Shown here: piece by piece, positions 61,019 through 64,000 of the stretch
How positions within the stretch are numbered: the first letter of the stretch is position 1
Layout of the letters: each line of letters starts with the position of its first letter
From: Pseudogymnoascus verrucosus
Taxonomy: Eukaryota
NCBI GenBank assembly: GCA_001662655.1
Contig: KV460211.1
DNA: 64,000 bases
Strand: one strand, 5' to 3'
The notes under the pieces: generated by a model
Database searches by the model: none
Seen by the model: the letters and a program-made list of their open reading frames with translations, nothing else
What the model was told of the DNA's origin: nothing
Translations under genes and position numbers: made by a program

Positions 61019-61223
61019 AGTGGATTGATGCTTAGGACGGTGCTATTTAGACTAGCGGGTAAGCGTCGCTACCCTTAAGTTTTTAATGCCTTACGATAAT
61101 CTAGTTGTCCCCCTTAGCTACCTAATAGCGGCTACGTTAACACGTATAAAGTAGGTCTTGTATTAAGACGTGATAAACGTAATGTACTATAACTTTAGAT
61201 AGCTATAGATAATCTAGTACCTA

Positions 61224-61260
61224 GGTAAGCGAGGGTAAGTGAGGGTAAGTAAGGGTAAGC
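61224..61260. repeat. 10-bp tandem repeat (GAGGGTAAGT) x~4 upstream of the captain
   Basis: ggtaagc-gagggtaagt-gagggtaagt-aagggtaagc, followed by TATAAAA at 61271. Confidence 0.8.
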
Positions 61261-61392
61261 TTAAAAATAGTATAAAAGGTACACTCCTACTATGTCTAGA
61301 TTTTACAGCCTAATATCTATAACATTCTTCATTTACTTTTAAGAACTTACCTACTACTATAGGATAGAAAACCCTCTCTAAAGAAGGATGAA

Positions 61393-62725
61393 ATGCCCTA
61401 GTATAGTTATAAGGCTACTTTAAGTAGATAACATCTAAATAATAGAGTATATTAAGTTAAATTAAACAACGTTCTCTCTCTAGTGCTACTAAAGTTAAGT
61501 ATGTAGACATAGGGGAGGTATTCTAATAGTACATAAGACTTAATACTATAAATAGTGCTACTAATAGACATATTAGGTTTCTTGTTATAAAGGGTATATA
61601 GATAGATGTTACAGCTGAAACATGCAACCTATATGCTGCAAGATAGATTAATAAGGTGAAATAGCTTATAGCTAATTAGCAGCAGGAAATAGACGCAGAG
61701 ATTGTAGGTAGCTTAGTTAATAATGGCACCTTTAGGAAAAGGTACCTTTCTTAGAAGGTACCTGGCAAGAGAGAGGTGCCTATTAGGAAAGGCACCTATG
61801 TAGAGTAAGGTGCCTCCTTAGGAAAGCACCTATGGGAATTGGTACCTGCAATAAGTGTAGCACCTCTTATAGGACACACACGTAATTTAGATTAGTAGGA
61901 ATAGTGAGAATAGTTAGAGAGTCTGCTATTCTAACTATTCCCTTTAGCACAACGCTACTATATAAGTAGATAGTTATTCCTTAGATAGGAGCTTCGTGCT
62001 CAACTTAATATAGTATTTGTTATATACTATAACGTGTTTTACAAAAGCCTTTTGTGTCTAATCCCCTGCCTCCTCTGTTAAGTAAACTAACGAAACCTCT
62101 ATGAGTCTTATAGTTTAAGACCTAGCGTTACAATAGACTTATTACTATCTATATAAGTACTATAGAGTCTAGCTATCTTTTGCTTTAGTTTTCTTTACTA
62201 ATACTAGTACTAGAGGTAGTACCTATATAGAGTTAAGTTCTTATAGGGTAATAAATTAAGTAATTACTTATAAGGTATGTTAAGTTTATATAAAGCGCTA
62301 CCTTACTAACTAATTAGGATTGCTATATTTACTTACTATAAGATGCTAATAGCAGTTTTACTTTTAAACTTAAAGTGATTTAGTAATATTTAAAAGGAAG
62401 ACATAGTAATAAGAATGACAAGTATGTAATTTTATAGAAGACTATAAGTAATGCTTACTATATATAGCCTCTATATTGTTATAGATTTAAAAGATAATTT
62501 GTAATATAATAGAGTGATGTGTTTTTTTACTATAGTAATAGCTAATAATGCTTTTAAATGCTATAAGACTCTAGAAGACCTTATAAAGGCTTGCTTACTA
62601 AGAGGGAGAGATTTATAGACTTTAGAATAGAAAGACAAAGCCCTTAACTATCCTGTCCTTTAGATGGAATCTTTAAATAGCACATATAAAAGTAGGGCAC
62701 TAACATTTATAACTTAATTTAACGA
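61393..62725 (+). pseudogene. RIP-inactivated DUF3435 tyrosine recombinase (Starship captain), LTR-interrupted and 3'-truncated
   Basis: Raw spliced translation after the LTR: YLYKYYRV*LSFALVFFTNTSTRGSTYIELSSY..ITYK/DCYIYLL*..LKVI**YLKGR../..NRVMCFFTIVIANNAF..LE*KDKALNYPVL*M..SRALTF. Undoing only C>T/G>A gives YPHERYRVQLS..FADTGARGGAYVESSSY..YKD..QRYLKGRR..AMAIADDAF..LEWKD..PVLRM..RALTF. Introns at 61529-61576, 62275-62317 and 62422-62467. All stops are TAA/TAG. Confidence 0.82.
61607..62132. mobile_element. Solo LTR (526 bp) with 5-bp target-site duplication ATAGA
   Basis: TGTTACAG...GCGTTACA termini, ATAGA at 61602-61606 and 62133-62137, internal TATATAAG at about 61960. Confidence 0.9.
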
Positions 62726-62768
62726 TGTAACGGTAAGCAAGCTGCTAAAAAGGGCAGCTTCCGTTACT
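62726..62768. repeat. Imperfect inverted repeat/hairpin with LTR-like termini (TGTAACGG...CCGTTAC) at the captain truncation point
   Basis: GTAACGG-(TAAGC)-AAGCTGC-taaaaagg-GCAGCTT-CCGTTAC. Confidence 0.7.
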
Positions 62769-63385
62769 GTTTTACATAGCTCGTTTGCTAACTTTTTAAT
62801 ACTCCTACATGGTGGAATATCGCTATTACTGTGTTTTAGGTATAACGAGGAGGGTGGGTTGGGGAAGTTGTGGGCATGGAGGGGTAGTTGTTTGCGCTCC
62901 AGGAGTCCAGGGGCCTAGTGCCAAGCTTTTTTTATACTTTTTTTCGGGGCGGGACGGGGGAATCGTAGGATCTTTTCAAGACCCTGCACTACGGCGAATG
63001 CTGGGGATTCCATTCTGTGAAGCTTTTATTGGCGTCGAACCTATCGTTCAAAATTTTGTGCTGCCATCCCTGTTAATCTATTCTTGCCGCCCACAATGCT
63101 AGTAATATCACCGGAATCTCTATGAAATGAATTCTAAGAGGGATAAAGACACGGACAGGATCACACAGGAGAATTGTCAGAGCGCAGTTTGAGGATTATA
63201 CAGTCATAATGGTAGCCCACTGGCTACTATGAGCGGCAGTCTGTTTGAGTGCCGAGTAAACGCTTCATTAAATCTGATCGTCGACTACGAGGACGATGGC
63301 TATTCTCCAAGAAGCTACAAAAGAACCCTTGAGAAGGGCGACTGCAGCATTGTCCAGCTCTTGCTATAGAATCTTGCTCAGCAGA

Positions 63386-64000
63386 TTAAGACTCATATGG
63401 ATTGCCACAACAAGGGTAAAATTCACAAGCTTCCGCTGTGATATTTTTCCCGAAATAATAAGCCCAGCTGGTGAAGGCTTCAGTCGGACTGCAGATAGGG
63501 ATACTAAAGAATCCAGCCGTTGCGAAACCATTAGAGAATGGCACAGATCCAGGGTCTCCAGTAGTCGGCATCTTGTAGCCATTTTGCTGGAAATTCCGCA
63601 ACCAACCATCATATGACGAGGAGACCATGTTTTCTTTAGTTACGGATCCGTACGTGCCATCTCCGTTGACAGATGAGATTCCAGGCAGCGCTCGGAATAC
63701 TTGACCCTCACATGAGTTTGGCACTATTGTTACCCCCTGCTTCTCGCAAGTATGCAGATCAAGTAACCACAACGTAGTATCGCCATACGGTACTCTTGAA
63801 ATATTTGCGTCATCATCTGATAGAATCCGCGAACTTTCAAGAATAGATGTGGTTCCGCGTCCACCACCAAGAGGATGCGGAAAATCTATGCTTAGCCGAA
63901 ATCCATCTTCTGGAACATCGAGTTCGTCGAGGTAGACGAGCACAGGCCAGACATCCGGATCTAGCTTCCATGCTATTGGGATCAGTTTGGCATAAAATGC
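63386..64000 (-). CDS. Partial CDS (C-terminus): Cys-containing domain of the type found at the C-terminus of large GH18 chitinases and secreted proteins; possible Starship cargo
   Basis: Frame is open to the window edge: YAKLIPIAW..PV..FRALPG..YGSVT..MVSSSYDGW..NGY..GFFSIPICS..AF.SW..YPCC*. Normal GC, no RIP signature. Confidence 0.7.
   Translation of the reverse strand, partial: AFYAKLIPIAWKLDPDVWPVLVYLDELDVPEDGFRLSIDFPHPLGGGRGTTSILESSRILSDDDANISRVPYGDTTLWLLDLHTCEKQGVTIVPNSCEGQVFRALPGISSVNGDGTYGSVTKENMVSSSYDGWLRNFQQNGYKMPTTGDPGSVPFSNGFATAGFFSIPICSPTEAFTSWAYYFGKNITAEACEFYPCCGNPYES

Larger units (their letters stand above)
61019..64000 (+). mobile_element. Left end of a derelict Starship giant transposon inserted in 5S rDNA (right boundary not in window)
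   Basis: Begins where 5S homology stops. The first gene is an inward-facing DUF3435-type recombinase, and 61.0-62.75 kb is strongly TpA-rich (RIP). Confidence 0.75.

Overview
This is a gene-dense fungal (Pezizomycotina) chromosomal window with GT-AG introns and CTAAC/CTRAC branch points. Gene style and composition suggest a Leotiomycete such as Pseudogymnoascus, but that is inference. Bases 1-57.4 kb are mostly conserved core genes: Trm61, monoglyceride lipase, Rrg8-like, AhpD-like, ClpP, TPR protein, cytochrome b561-domain protein, Nnf1, PH protein, G3BP-like, cAMP-receptor-like GPCR, SAP/Tho1, methyltransferase-domain protein, galacturonate-type MFS transporter, DUF2264 and the primase large subunit. 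Two small accessory islands interrupt them (kinase-NUDIX chimera/kinase/DJ-1, and APH pseudogenes). After 57.5 kb the sequence becomes accessory: a mosaic of GAACGAC minisatellite arrays and gene fragments, then the 3' half of a 5S rRNA gene cut at box A. About 370 bp further on lies a RIP-destroyed, intron-containing DUF3435-type tyrosine recombinase (Starship 'captain') carrying a solo LTR with a perfect 5-bp TSD, followed by a non-RIPed partial gene. The best reading is the left end of a derelict, 5S-rDNA-targeting Starship giant transposon that the ORF track cannot see. Other notable items: two genes in frame across a single TGA only 12 nt apart, and an orphan GW/WG + RGG protein resembling an Argonaute-hook scaffold. 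Family assignments are from motif recognition; no database searches were run.
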